Shown: positions 39,676 through 51,317, numbered from the stretch's first letter. The stretch: 64,000 bases of DNA from an uncultured Alphaproteobacteria bacterium (GCA_963712225.1 CAVQHH010000006.1:30557-94556); one strand, 5' to 3'. The notes: generated by a model from the sequence alone, not told the origin. Made by a program: numbers and translations.

Positions 39676-41457
39676 TTATTCCAATTCGTCCGTCGTGCCC
39701 TTGGCCCCCTTAGTGGGGATGTCCTCGCGCGCCTTTAACGCGGCGCCGAGAATGTCGCCAAGCGAAGCACCGGAATCGGCCGAGCCATATTGGGCGATCG
39801 CTTCCTTCTCCTCGGCGACTTCAAGCGCTTTGATCGAGACGGAAACCTTGCGGGCGCGGCGGTCGAACACGGTAACCCGTGCATCGACCTTCTCGCCGAC
39901 GGCGAAGCGTTCCGCCCTTTGAGCGGCCCGGTCCCTCGCGAGTTCGGTGCGTTTGATGAAGGCGGTGAAATCGGTCCCGGCGATCTTCACGTCGAGTCCG
40001 GCATCCTTCACCGCGAGCACCTCGCAAGTGACGACCGAGCCCTTCTTGATGCCGGCGGCGGCCTCTTCGCCCGGCTTGGCGCGGGCCTCGCCTTGCGGCT
40101 TCGCCGCGAAGGGATCGGGGCCGAGCTGCTTGATGCCGAGCGAGATGCGCTCTTTTTCGATATCGACATCGAGTACCTTGGCCTTGACGGCATCGCCTTT
40201 TTTGTAATCCTCGATGATTTGTTCGCCGGGCTTGGTCCAATCGAGATCGGAGAGATGGACCATGCCATCGACCTCCCCGTCGAGGCCGATGAACAGGCCG
40301 AATTCGGTCTTGTTCTTGACCTCGCCCTCGACCTCCGAGCCGGGCGGATACTTCGCGGCGAAGGCTTCCCAAGGATTGACGAGCGTCTGCTTGAGGCCAA
40401 GCGAGATGCGGCGCTTGACCGGATCGACTTCGAGAACCTGAACCTCGACCTCCTGGCTCGTCGCGACGATCTTGCCCGGATGCACGTTCTTTTTGGTCCA
40501 GGACATTTCCGACACATGGATCAGGCCCTCGATCCCCGGTTCGAGCTCGACGAAGGCACCATAGTCGGTGATGTTCGTCACCCGGCCCTGGAACCGCGCG
40601 CCGGCCGGATACTTCGCCTCGATGCCCTGCCAGGGGTCCTCGAGCAATTGCTTCATGCCGAGCGAGATGCGGTGGGTTTCGTGATTAACCTTGATGATCT
40701 TTACCCGCACCGTCTGGCCGATCGCCAAAACCTCGGTCGGATGATTGACTCTCCGCCAGGCGACGTCCGTCACGTGGAGGAGACCGTCGATGCCGCCGAG
40801 ATCGACGAAGGCGCCGTAATCGGTGATGTTCTTCACCACGCCGTCGATCACCTGACCTTCCGCGAGGTTGGCGACGATCTCATTGCGTTGCTCGGCGCGG
40901 GATTCCTCGAGCACGGTCCGGCGGGAGACGACGATATTGCCCCGGCGGCGGTCCATTTTCAGGATTTGGAAGGGCTGCGGCGTCTGCATCAAAGGCGTTA
41001 CGTCGCGGATCGGCCGGATATCGACTTGGCTGCGCGGCAAGAACGCCACGGCACCGTCGAGATCGACGGTGAAGCCGCCCTTGACCTGGTTGAAAATGAT
41101 GCCTTCGACCTTTTCTTGTTTCTCGAACGCCTTTTCGAGCTTGACCCAGCTTTCCTCGCGCCGCGCCTTGTCGCGCGAAATGACCGCCTCGCCGAGCGCG
41201 TTCTCGATCCGCTCAAGATAAACCTCGACCTCGTCGCCGACGGTGAGCTTGCCTTCGCGCCCGGGTCCGTGAAATTCCTTGAGGGCGACGCGGCCTTCGG
41301 TCTTCAGACCGAGATCGATGACGGCGACGTCTTTTTCGATCGCGACGACAAGCCCCTTGACGACGGAGCCTTCAAAGGCCTCGTTCTGGCCATAGCTCTC
41401 GGCGAGCAACGCCGCGAAATCCTCGCGCGACGGCGCGTAGGTGTTGGTGGATACCAT
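39676..41457 (-). CDS. rpsA: 30S ribosomal protein S1
   Basis: SREDFAALL, KNITDYGAFVDLGG, repeated S1 domains, GASLGDILGAAL; AGGAG RBS before ATG 41457. Confidence 0.98.
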   Translation of the reverse strand: MVSTNTYAPSREDFAALLAESYGQNEAFEGSVVKGLVVAIEKDVAVIDLGLKTEGRVALKEFHGPGREGKLTVGDEVEVYLERIENALGEAVISRDKARREESWVKLEKAFEKQEKVEGIIFNQVKGGFTVDLDGAVAFLPRSQVDIRPIRDVTPLMQTPQPFQILKMDRRRGNIVVSRRTVLEESRAEQRNEIVANLAEGQVIDGVVKNITDYGAFVDLGGIDGLLHVTDVAWRRVNHPTEVLAIGQTVRVKIIKVNHETHRISLGMKQLLEDPWQGIEAKYPAGARFQGRVTNITDYGAFVELEPGIEGLIHVSEMSWTKKNVHPGKIVATSQEVEVQVLEVDPVKRRISLGLKQTLVNPWEAFAAKYPPGSEVEGEVKNKTEFGLFIGLDGEVDGMVHLSDLDWTKPGEQIIEDYKKGDAVKAKVLDVDIEKERISLGIKQLGPDPFAAKPQGEARAKPGEEAAAGIKKGSVVTCEVLAVKDAGLDVKIAGTDFTAFIKRTELARDRAAQRAERFAVGEKVDARVTVFDRRARKVSVSIKALEVAEEKEAIAQYGSADSGASLGDILGAALKAREDIPTKGAKGTTDELE

Positions 41458-41808
41458 TCGTTCTCCTGATTGCCCGAATGATTGCCCGAATGCCGACGGC
41501 GCCGGGGTCTTGGATTGGTTGTGCGTCTTGTCCGTCCGCGTTCGCCGCCATTGCGGCAAACCACCGCCAGATCAGCGGGCCGGCGCGGCGACGGCGGCAA
41601 GAAGCAGGGTTAAGGGCTGCTATGTAGCAACCGGGAGGCTTGGCGGCAAGGGGCGGCGGCGGGGTAACCTGGCAAACAATTCCAACCGGCGTATGATTAA
41701 TCAAAAATAAAGCAGCGTGCATCGTCAAGTCCGGTGGAGACTCAGCCTGCATCCGCGGCAAGCTTCCCGCCTTGAAACGACGCGAAGATGCTGCGAGGCA
41801 GCGCTCTC

Positions 41809-42940
41809 ATGAAAGATATTTTTTCCAAAATTCGGCAAGGTCTCAACTTGCGTGCAACGGATCTTCCTGCGCGTCAGGAAACGCTTGCTTCGGACAACGA
41901 AGAACCCTGGATAGAAAAGGAAGCCGAACTCGTGTCGCCGCCCGAAGTGGGTTCGGCGCCGGTTCAGGCACCCCCAACGCGCAAGAGCTTCGCTTTCATG
42001 GCGGCGGCGAAGGAAGGCCAGGACGCGTCTCCAAGAAACTCAGACGCAACGGAAAATGTTTCCCGCCCTCATGTCGACGACCGGCGGCCACATAAAGACC
42101 CGGCTAACCCGGCGCGGCCGAAAAAACCGACCTTCCTGCCGGGCTCCGACGGGGAACATGCGCTGCAGGTGAAATACGGCGCTAAAGATCGGGCGCTTGG
42201 CTTTTACGGCCGGCAGGAAATACCGCGGCAACGGCGTCTTTGCCAATCTCGGGAACATCTCCGAGAACCCTCATATCGCCATGCTCATTCTGGATTTTTA
42301 TCGGGATTCCGTCGGGCTGCACGTCAACGGCAAGGCACGAATTGTTGAAAACGAGGAATTGTCCGGCTATGGGGACAAGATACCGCAAGACATCTTGGAC
42401 GAGTTGGCGAAAGAAAGGAAAAAACGACCGGAGCGCTGGGTCATGGTGGAAGTGGAGGAAGCCTACATTCAATGCTCCAAACATGTGCCGCTGCTGCAGA
42501 AGCTGGACCGCAAGATTGATTGGGGAACGGACAGCGTCGCGGCAAAGACGGGTGACTATTTCCAGCTTCAAGATATTCCACTCTATGACCGTGTCGGCGG
42601 CGACAAGGCCATGGAGGTCGCTGTCGACGTCTTTTACCGGAAGGTGCTGGAGGACCATTTCGTCAGCCGGTTCTTCGAAGGTGTCGACATGGAAGGGCTG
42701 CGGCTCAAACAGAAATCGTTTCTCGCCATGGCCTTTGGCGGCCCATACCAGTACACGAGCCTCGATCTGCGCAAGGCCCATGGACGCCTCGTGCAGGACA
42801 TGGGGCTGAACGATCAGCATTTCGACCGGGTTGCCGACATCCTCAAGGAAACTTTGATGGAACTAGAGGTTTCCGCCAAGGAAATCGATGAGATGATGCG
42901 GGTCATCGAAAGCGCGCGAGACGACATTCTAAGCCGCTAG
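41809..42940 (+). CDS. Pyridoxamine-5'-phosphate-oxidase-like domain fused to a group I truncated hemoglobin; broken near 42215
   Basis: PGSDGEHALQ..YG..DRA..FY then frame change to YRGNGV.ANLGNISENPH, EEAYIQCSKHVP; globin LYDRVGG..AVDVFY..KQKSFL..GGP..RKAH. Confidence 0.8.
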
Positions 42941-42984
42941 AAGATCATGCCCGCACAGAACCGGAGCGGGCGCGGGAGGGCTGA

Positions 42985-43974
42985 GTGTCGATTTCCGCGG
43001 AAACCAGAAAGCTGCTGTTGGACGGACGCATCTATGATTGCAGGCCAGGGGAAACCGTTCTGGAGGCGCTACTGCGGCAGAAAGTGGCGGTGCCAAATTT
43101 GTGCCGGCATCAAGTCTGCCTGACCTGCATGATGCGCTCTCTGGGCGGCGCGCCGCCCGGTGCGTCGCAGACAAATCTCAGGGACAGCTTGAGGAACCAG
43201 AATTTCTTCCTCGCCTGCGGCTGTCACCCCGAGCGAGACATGGAGATCGCCTTCACCTCCGAGACGGTTGGAATCAGGGCTCAGGCTCTGGTCACCGAGA
43301 TCAACAGTCTGAATTCCTTCGTCTCTGAAGTCGCCTTGCAGTGCGAGCCGCCTCTGCACTATCGCGGCGGTCAGTTCATGACGCTGTTCAACGGTAACAA
43401 CATGGGGAATCGGTTTCCAATCTCCTCTCCTACAAGCGGAAGATTGGCGGGAAAGGTGGACATTCAAGTCCAGCGGATCCCGGGCGGCGTCTTTTCGGAA
43501 TGGATCCACACCAGCCTCCGCGCCGGCGACGTCCTCTCCGCCTGCGGCGCAACGGGAGAGCTGTTCTTTGAATTCGGCGACCCAAAGCAGACCCTGCTTC
43601 TGGCGGGCTGGGACGGGGGGCTCGGCGCTCTCATCGGCGTCATGCAGGACGCCTTCGAGAACGATCATGTCGGAACGATCTATTTGTTTCACGGCGCCGA
43701 GGACAAGGAGCATCTTTATTTCGTTGAAGAATTGCGCGAGGTGGCCGATCGTTTCAAGCGCTTTCATTATGTTCCCTGCGTCCGGACAGGGGCCCCGGTC
43801 GAGGCTTGCGCGAGCGGCGCCATACAGGCGAATGTAGAACGCCTTCTTCCGGACCTGTCGGGCGTCAAAGTCTATCTCTGCGGTCCGCGAAATGAGGTGC
43901 ATGCGCTGCAGAGGCATGCCTATCTCGCCGGCACGGCGATGAAGGACATACGGACCGACGTTACGAACACTTGA
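42985..43974 (+). CDS. 2Fe-2S ferredoxin-FAD/NAD(P) oxidoreductase
   Basis: N-terminal PNLCRHQVCLTC...LAC, GGQFMTL, PGGVFS, VYLCGP. Confidence 0.85.
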   Translation: MSISAETRKLLLDGRIYDCRPGETVLEALLRQKVAVPNLCRHQVCLTCMMRSLGGAPPGASQTNLRDSLRNQNFFLACGCHPERDMEIAFTSETVGIRAQALVTEINSLNSFVSEVALQCEPPLHYRGGQFMTLFNGNNMGNRFPISSPTSGRLAGKVDIQVQRIPGGVFSEWIHTSLRAGDVLSACGATGELFFEFGDPKQTLLLAGWDGGLGALIGVMQDAFENDHVGTIYLFHGAEDKEHLYFVEELREVADRFKRFHYVPCVRTGAPVEACASGAIQANVERLLPDLSGVKVYLCGPRNEVHALQRHAYLAGTAMKDIRTDVTNT

Positions 43975-43989
43975 GATCAGGAGCCGGGG

Positions 43990-45654
43990 ATGACAAAAGA
44001 GAACATCGACAAGTCGGCGGAGCAAAGCTTCTGGGGGCAGGTGTTTTCGGCGAACCCGCAGACGATCGTAACGGCGGACAATTTCGAATGCCCCGACCGG
44101 AGAAGCTCGGCGAGGGCGGGGATTTCTGGCTGACGCGCTTGTTTCAGGGCGAGGGGTTCTACGGCAATCCTTCCGACAAGATGATCATCTTAAAAAACGG
44201 CGTTGAAGTCCACGAGGTGCCGATCGAGCAGTTGAACCAAGATACCGTGATCGGGCGGCATCCCGAGGCCCATATCCAGCTTGAAGCCTACAAACTTGGC
44301 CTGTTTCACATCGTCCTTCGCAAGAAGGACGACAGACTTTATGTCGAGGCGATCGACGACGAGTACGGAACGCTCCTTAATCGAAAGAAGATCAAGGCGG
44401 CGCAGCCTGTCCTATTGCGGGACGGTTCGCTGGTCGACATCCCCGGATACCAACTGCGCTTTTGCCTAGCCAGCGCTCCTCTGACGGGAGAGGAAGAAGC
44501 CCTCGATGCGGAGGAACTGGCGGAAATCCCTTCCTATTTCTATAACCCGCCTCCCCCTCCCGCAAGTCCGCTGCTGACCAACCTCGTCGAGGATCGCGAG
44601 AAGATCGGGATCTGGTCCGAAGGGGTCACGACCGTGCGGGTCGCGGACATCGTCGAGGAAACCCACGACGTCAAGACCTTCCGGCTGGTCGGCGAGAAAC
44701 CTTTGCTGTTCTCATATCGGCCCGGCCAGTTCGTGACCTTCCTCCTGAATATCGATGGCGAGGATGTCGAGCGTTCCTACAGCATGTCGTCGAGCCCGTC
44801 TCGTCCGCACGTCTTGGAAATGACTGTCAAGCGCGTCCCAGGAGGCGTCGTTTCGAACTGGCTCTGCGATCACGTGAAGCTGGGACAGCGGCTGACCATC
44901 AAGGGCCCGGCAGGAAAGTTTAGCTGCTTCAATTATCCGGCCGCGAAAATGCTGTTCGTCGGCGCCGGGAGCGGGATCACCCCCGCTGATGGCGATGAGC
45001 CGCTGGATCGTGGACACGACTTCGGATGTCGATGTCAAGCTGCTCGCCTCGTTCAAATCGCCCTCGGACATCATTTTCCGCAAGGAACTGGAGCTCATAT
45101 CGGCGCGGCATAGCCGGTTTCAGGTCGCGGTCACCCTTACCTCCGGCTGGCACGGGACCGAATCCTGGACGGGGTACCGCGGACGGATCAACAAATCGAT
45201 TGTCCGCATGCTGGTGCCGGATTTTGATCAGCGGCATGTCTTTCTGTGCGGCCCGGAACCCTTCGCGGCGGAGGTGAAGAATGCTTTGCGGGAGCTTAGC
45301 TTCGATCTCGCCAAACTGCATAGCGAAAGCTTCGGCAGGGGGCGGGTCGCGCGCGGCGTCAAAGGCGGCGCCAAATCCTTGACGCTTTCGGAGCCGCGTC
45401 ACAAAGTCTGCTTCAGCAAGACCGGCCTTACTGTGGACACCGATGAGACCGTGACCCTTCTCGAATTGGCGGAGGCCCATGGGATCGAGATCGATTACGC
45501 CTGCCGGATGGGCGACTGCGGGGAATGCGAAGTCAAATTCGCCGGCAAGGTTGCCCAGAAAGGGGAGTTCGAGCTCGCCGGAACTTGCAAAGAGAACGGA
45601 CTTGCCTATGCCTGTTGCAGCGTCGCTCTTTCCGACCTCGAAGTCGAAGCCTAA
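43990..45654 (+). CDS. FHA domain-FAD/NAD(P) reductase-2Fe-2S protein; frameshifts near 44088 and 44985
   Basis: TVIGRHP (FHA), YRPGQFVT, RSYSMSS, GAGSGITP then MAMSRW, FLCGPEPF, CRMGDCGEC...ACC; second shift at a C run. Confidence 0.8.
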
Positions 45655-45916
45655 GCTCGACTTTGCGGATTTTATGTCGCATAGCTGAGCGCTGCCGTGA
45701 GTTTTTCCCAGAAGGCGGCTGGAATTTCCAGACCATCCGGGTCATGCCGAGACATTGATAAATTTGGCGCGATCACCTTGCGGTGGTGTTGCGGCGCATT
45801 CGCCAAACGCTAGGCGATGTCCTCGAAGGCATCCCCTACCTTTGGCTTGTAGGATAGGGCCTCCTAACGTATAAATACATTCAAGGTAGGTAGCTCGACA
45901 AAAACGGGAGCATGCT

Positions 45917-46183
45917 ATGAAGCCTTGGTCAGAAAAGGCGCTCGCCCGCCACAGAGCCCGGAAGATCGGGCTCGCTGTAGCAGTGCTGGTGGCCTCGACG
46001 CGCGTCGTCGCGGCCCAAGAGCAGCACGAACACCCGCAGTATGGATTTTACCAAAACCGACCTCCTTGCACCTCGGTCGATGACTGCGATCGCAGGGCCT
46101 TTGATAAATCGGGAACGCCTGGCCGAATGGGTTTAGGAGCCGATCCGGCGCATCCCGAAGGGCCCGGCAACGTGTTGGATTGA
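45917..46183 (+). CDS. Small exported protein with C-terminal GLGADPAHPEGPGN motif
   Basis: GGGAG RBS, signal-like segment, two Cys, 88 aa. Confidence 0.6.
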   Translation: MKPWSEKALARHRARKIGLAVAVLVASTRVVAAQEQHEHPQYGFYQNRPPCTSVDDCDRRAFDKSGTPGRMGLGADPAHPEGPGNVLD

Positions 46184-46378
46184 GCGGCCGCCGCGCGAGC
46201 CCCGGTCCGCGCAAAGCGGCAACGCGCGACTTGGAAAATCCTCCGGCGGAATCCTCGAAACTCTTTTTATGCCAGCCGTGATCGACAGCAATAGAGTGCG
46301 ACGGCTCACTGGCGGCTTGCAGTTTTGCGACGCACCATTAATACTGGCCGAGCAATTCCAGAGCTCGGACCATCGAAC

Positions 46379-49300
46379 GTGACCATTTCCGCCGCCATCC
46401 ATCATATCACCCACTATAAATACGACCGGCCGGTCGTGCTTGAGCCGCAGACCATCAGGCTGCGCCCGGCGCCGCACTGCCGGACCAAAATCCCCGCCTA
46501 TTCGCTTAAGGTGACGCCGGCGGAGCATTTCGTGAACTGGCAGCAGGACCCGCATGGCAATTGGCAGGCGCGGTTCGTCTTTCCGGAGAAAGTGACGGAG
46601 TTCAAGATCGAGGTCGATCTGACCGCCGAACTCGCGGTCATCAACCCTTTCGACTTTTTCATCGAACCCTATGCCGAGCAATTTCCCTTCGCTTATGACC
46701 CCGAATTGAAGGCACAGCTCGCGCCTTATCTCGATGCCGAACCGCTGGGCCCGCGCCTTGCGGCCTATATCGCGGGCTTGCCCAAGGGCCCCATCCAGCG
46801 TTGTTGATTTTCTCGTCGATCTCAATACGGCGTTGCGGAAGTCGATCCGCTATTTGATCCGGATGGAGCCAGGCGTCCAGACGCCGGAGGAAACCCTGGA
46901 GCTTGGCTCCGGCTCCTGCCGCGATTCGGCCTGGGCACTCGTCCAGATCCTGCGCCATCTCGGCTTAGCCGCGCGCTTCGTCTCGGGCTATCTCATCCAA
47001 TTGCGCGCCGACATCGAGCCGGTGGACGGGCCGAAAGGCACCCAAAACGATTTTACCGATCTGCACGCCTGGGCCGAGGTTTATCTGCCGGGCGCCGGCT
47101 GGATCGGGATGGACGCGACCTCGGGAATGTTCTGCGGCGAGGGGCATTTGCCGGTCGCCGCGACGCCGCATTACCGCTCCGCCGCGCCGATTTCCGGGCT
47201 GGTCGAGCCAGCCAATGTCGATTTTCATTTCGATATGCGGGTTACCCGCGTTGGAGAGGCGCCTCGGATCACGCTGCCTTTTTCGGAGTTCCGCCTGGGC
47301 GAAGCTCGACGCGCTTGGCGAACAAATCGATGCCGATCTCGTCCGCGACGACGTCCGCCTGACGATGGGCGGCGAGCCGACTTTCGTCTCGATCGACGAC
47401 TTCGAATTGGAGGAATGGAACACCGCCGCCGTAGGACCAACGAAACGCAGCCTCGCCGACAAACTCATCCGCCGCTTGCAGGCCCGCTTCGCGCCGGGCG
47501 GCATGCTGCATCATGGCCAAGGCAAATGGTATCCGGGCGAGAGTCTTCCGCGCTGGAGCTTCGCGCTCTATTGGCGCAAGGACGGCAAGCCGGTTTGGAA
47601 CAATCCCGCCCTCATCGCGGACGTCGCCCTGACCGCGCCGGCCGAGACCTGAGACATCATGCCGGGATCAATGTGGCGCTCGGTGAGGAACAAACGGCGC
47701 AAGCCGGAGCTCTCGCCACGGGCATCGCCGAAAGGCTTGGAATTGAGACCGGATGCATCGTGCCCGCCTATGAAGATCCCGCGGCGTGGCTCGTCAAGGA
47801 GGCCAATCTGCCGGAAAATACCGATCCGCTCGATCCGAAAATCGAGGATCCGGAAGAGCGCAGCCGCATGATCCGCACTTTCGCGCGCGGCCTGACGAAG
47901 CCCGTCGGCTATGTCCTGCCGGTGCAGCGCTGGAACGCGCAAGCGGGCCCGGCGCGCGCGCGGCGCGGCCGCGATGGCAAAGCGAAAAATGGGCATTGCG
48001 GCGCGGCAACCTTTTTCTCGTCCCTGGCGATTCCCCGGCCGGCTACCGGTTGCCCTTGCCGTCGCTGCCATGGGTTCCGCCATCGTCCTATCCGTTTATC
48101 CTCGAGCAGGACCCGATGGAAGACCGCGGAGGCTTGCCGGAGCGCGAGGAGATCGCCCAGCATTTTGAGCGCGCGCGCGGCGGCCGCCGGTGCAAGGCAG
48201 GAACGCATCGAACAGGAGGCGATCGAAGGCGCGGTGCGCACGGCGCTGTCGGTCGAGCCGCGCGACGGTGTCCTTTGCGTCTTCATGCCGCCGGTCAAGA
48301 CGTTGGAGGATTACCTCGAACTTCTCGCGGCGGTCGAAGCGAGCGCCGAAGCGGCAGGCCTGCCGGTGCATATCGAAGGCTATCCGCCGCCCATCGATCC
48401 GCGCGTCAACGTGATCAAGGTCACGCCCGATCCCGGGGTCATCGAAGTCAATATCCATCCCAGCCGGAAGCTGGCGGGCGCTCGTCGAAACAACCAATGG
48501 TCTTTACGAGGACGCCCGTCAGGTCCGGCTCGGCGCCGACAAATTCATGACCGATGGACGCCACACCGGCACCGGCGGCGGCAATCATGTCGTGTTGGGC
48601 GGCAGCCACGCCCGCCGATTCGCCGGTGCTGCGGCGGCCCGACTTGCTCAAAAGCCTGGTCCTCTATTGGCAGCGCCATCCCTCGCTGTCCTATCTCTTC
48701 TCGGGGCTTTTCATCGGCCCGACGAGCCAGGCGCCGCGCGTCGACGAGGCCCGGCACGATCAGCTCTATGAACTCGAAATCGCCCTCGCCAACACGCCCC
48801 GCGCGGGCGAACCGGCGCCGCTCGTGGCTTGCCGACCGCTTGTTCCGCAATTTGCTCGTCGACGTGACAGGCAACACGCATCGCGCGGAAATCTGCATCG
48901 ACAAACTTTATTCGCCCGATAGTTCCTCAGGGCGGCTCGGACTGGTCGAATTCCGAGCCTTCGAAATGCCGCCGGACGCGCGGATGAGTCTCGCGCAGCA
49001 ATTGTTGCTGCGGGCGCTCGTCGCCTGGTTTTGGCAACAACCGCAGCAAGGCGATCTCGTGCGTTGGGGCACGGCGCTGCACGATCGTTTCATGCTGCCG
49101 CATTTCGTCTGGGAGGATTTTTTGGGCGTCCTCGCCGATCTCGGGCGGGCGGGCTATGCGTTCGATCCCGCTTGGTTCGAGGCGCAGCGTGAATTCCGTT
49201 TCCCCTTCTACGGCGCCGTCGAGCATGGCGGCGTCAAGCTCGAAGTGCGGCAGGCGCTCGAGCCTTGGCATGTGATGGGCGAGCAAGGTGCTCCCGGCGG

Positions 49301-49748
49301 AACCGTGCGCTACGTCGATTCCTCGGTGGAGCGCTTGCAAATAAAGGCAACCGGCTTAGTGCAAGGCCGCCACGTCATCGCCTGCAACGGGCGCCGCGTC
49401 CCCTTGACCGCGACCGGGACTTCGGGCGAAACGGTCGCCGGCGTGCGCTTCAAGGCCTGGAAGCCCGCCGACGGCCTGCATCCTACAATTCCGGTCCATG
49501 CCCCGTTGACCTTCGATCTCGTCGACGGCTGGAACGGCCGCGCGCTCGGCGGCTGCGTCTATCATGTCGCGCATCCCGGCGGCCGTCACTACGAGACCTT
49601 TCCGGTCAATAGCTTCGAGGCGGAAGCACGCCGTCTTGCGCGCTTCCAGGACCATGGCCACACGCCGGGCGCTTTCGACGTGCCCCCCGAGGAGCGTTGC
49701 GCCGACTTCCCGCTGACCCTCGATCTTCGCCGCCCCCGCGTCAACTGA
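46379..49748 (+). CDS. Transglutaminase-family / DUF2126 (amidoligase-like) protein with multiple frameshifts
   Basis: [68 protein letters not shown] spread over several frames. Confidence 0.88.
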
Positions 49749-49848
49749 AATCCTGCTGTTTGCTGCGCGAACAGGAACGAACCAGCCCGCCGGTTTCGAC
49801 GGACCCGAGGGTTGCGCTCGCCCGATAAACTTGGCCTTGCCCACAACC

Positions 49849-49864
49849 TTAATTAGGTGTTAAC
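49849..49864. promoter_or_regulatory. CtrA-like box
   Basis: ttaa ttaggtg ttaac = TTAA-N7-TTAAC. Confidence 0.5.
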
Positions 49865-50405
49865 CCCCATTGGCAACAACAAACTTCTCAAACTGGCTGA
49901 ACTGATATTGGATTGGATCACCGGGCCAGTAGCAACGATAATCGCCTCCATTGTCGCGGCATTGTTTGCCGCAGCACAAGTGTGCGTTGCAACAGCACAA
50001 AAGGACATTGCATACGAGAAGATTAAACTTGATTTATTCGAAAAACGATATGAAATTTATTCGGCAACGAAGGAATTGATAGAATACATTCTAGGAGGAA
50101 AAAGAAGCCGCATCGAAGACATTGATTTCATTCGCCAACACTATATTACGATAGAAGAAGCGCGATTTTTCTTTGAACCCGAAATCCAATCTTTCGTCCG
50201 GAACGTTAAGGCAGAATGCGAAACCCTGTTCGAAATGATTGCTGAGAAGGACATGATAAATCACGAAATCGAGCCTAAAGCATGGCTCGAAAGAGGGAAG
50301 CATGTGGCCGAAAAGCGGGCAAAAATATCTAGGATGAGTAATGAGCTTCAAGAGCGGTTTGACAATGCCCTTGGATTTAAGCTCCTTAAATCGCCAAGGC
50401 ATTGA
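49857..50405 (+). CDS. AT-rich hypothetical protein with an N-terminal TM helix
   Basis: Open frame, KIKLDLFEKRYEIY motif, lower GC than flanks; true start probably downstream of 49857. Confidence 0.6.
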   Translation: MLTPIGNNKLLKLAELILDWITGPVATIIASIVAALFAAAQVCVATAQKDIAYEKIKLDLFEKRYEIYSATKELIEYILGGKRSRIEDIDFIRQHYITIEEARFFFEPEIQSFVRNVKAECETLFEMIAEKDMINHEIEPKAWLERGKHVAEKRAKISRMSNELQERFDNALGFKLLKSPRH

Positions 50406-50476
50406 CCGGAAATTAGCTTCGAGCCAGGCGTTTAGCTCGCCCACCGCGCCGACTGTGAAAAGCAACGGGTGAAACA

Positions 50477-50839
50477 ATGAAAACTGCAGCAATCGCAGCC
50501 ACGGCGATGATGGCGGCTATGGCGGCGCCTATCGCTAACGCGCAATCTAATCCTGCTAATGAAGGTGCTGCGCTTGCCCAGCACACAGCGGACCTTTTCA
50601 AATGTTGGCAGAGCAAGGAATATGAATATGCGCTCAGGACAAACGAGAGTGCTGATGTTGCCGCGGCTGCGGTCTACGATACGTGCGACATGCAAAACCC
50701 TATCGAAAAATATAGCTTGTCACCTTCCATGTTAAAAATCTACAGGGACGACAAAAATCGTTCGAGCCCGGAAGCGCGGCAGAAGGCGATGCAGGCTTTC
50801 AGCGCAGATATTGTGGAAATCAGGGCGCGCCGTCGATGA
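50477..50839 (+). CDS. Hypothetical exported protein
   Basis: Clear signal peptide MKTAAIAATAMMAAMAAPIANA-Q, two Cys. Confidence 0.65.
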   Translation: MKTAAIAATAMMAAMAAPIANAQSNPANEGAALAQHTADLFKCWQSKEYEYALRTNESADVAAAAVYDTCDMQNPIEKYSLSPSMLKIYRDDKNRSSPEARQKAMQAFSADIVEIRARRR

Positions 50840-51301
50840 AACGCGGCGCCCCGTGTGACCTGCCTTGCCGCTTTGCTTTGAGTAGATCATGCGAAATGAC
50901 CTACCAGCGAACGTTCGGTTTTGCGCGAGCAACGAACTTGAAAGACGAGCAATTAAGACCACGCCGCAACCCGCTGGACGCCCGCCACGTAATCTTTGAA
51001 CGCAATCTCGTTCAGCGCCAAACTCGCAATGTCTCTTGCGACGAGCTCCATTAAGCGATCAGCGCCTTCGGGCGACAGCTCAAAATCAGCTCGCATGTAA
51101 GCCCGGTTTTGCGCATACTCGGAAACCCGTATCAATTGCGCCCGCTGCAATTCGAGCACGTCATAGGGCGAGACTGAAACAGCCCAGCGAACACCACGAT
51201 AGCACTTGCCGGGACGAAGTAGGAATGACGAAATAGGAACATTGGAAAGTTACGCCGAGAACGTAGTCTGGAGAAATCAACGCGAGAGTCTCGAAATTCT
51301 T

Positions 51302-51317
51302 TTAACTAGGCGTTAAC
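51302..51317. promoter_or_regulatory. CtrA box upstream of minC
   Basis: ttaa ctaggcg ttaac; minC is a known CtrA target in rhizobia and Brucella. Confidence 0.75.

Noticed and set aside
39790-41469. 559-aa plus-strand ORF
   Set aside because: Antisense shadow of rpsA caused by codon bias.
44975-44995. Programmed ribosomal frameshift in the FHA-reductase (also minE, DUF2126)
   Set aside because: Shifts fall at homopolymers in an error-rich region with no slippery-site or structure signature; sequencing indels are simpler.
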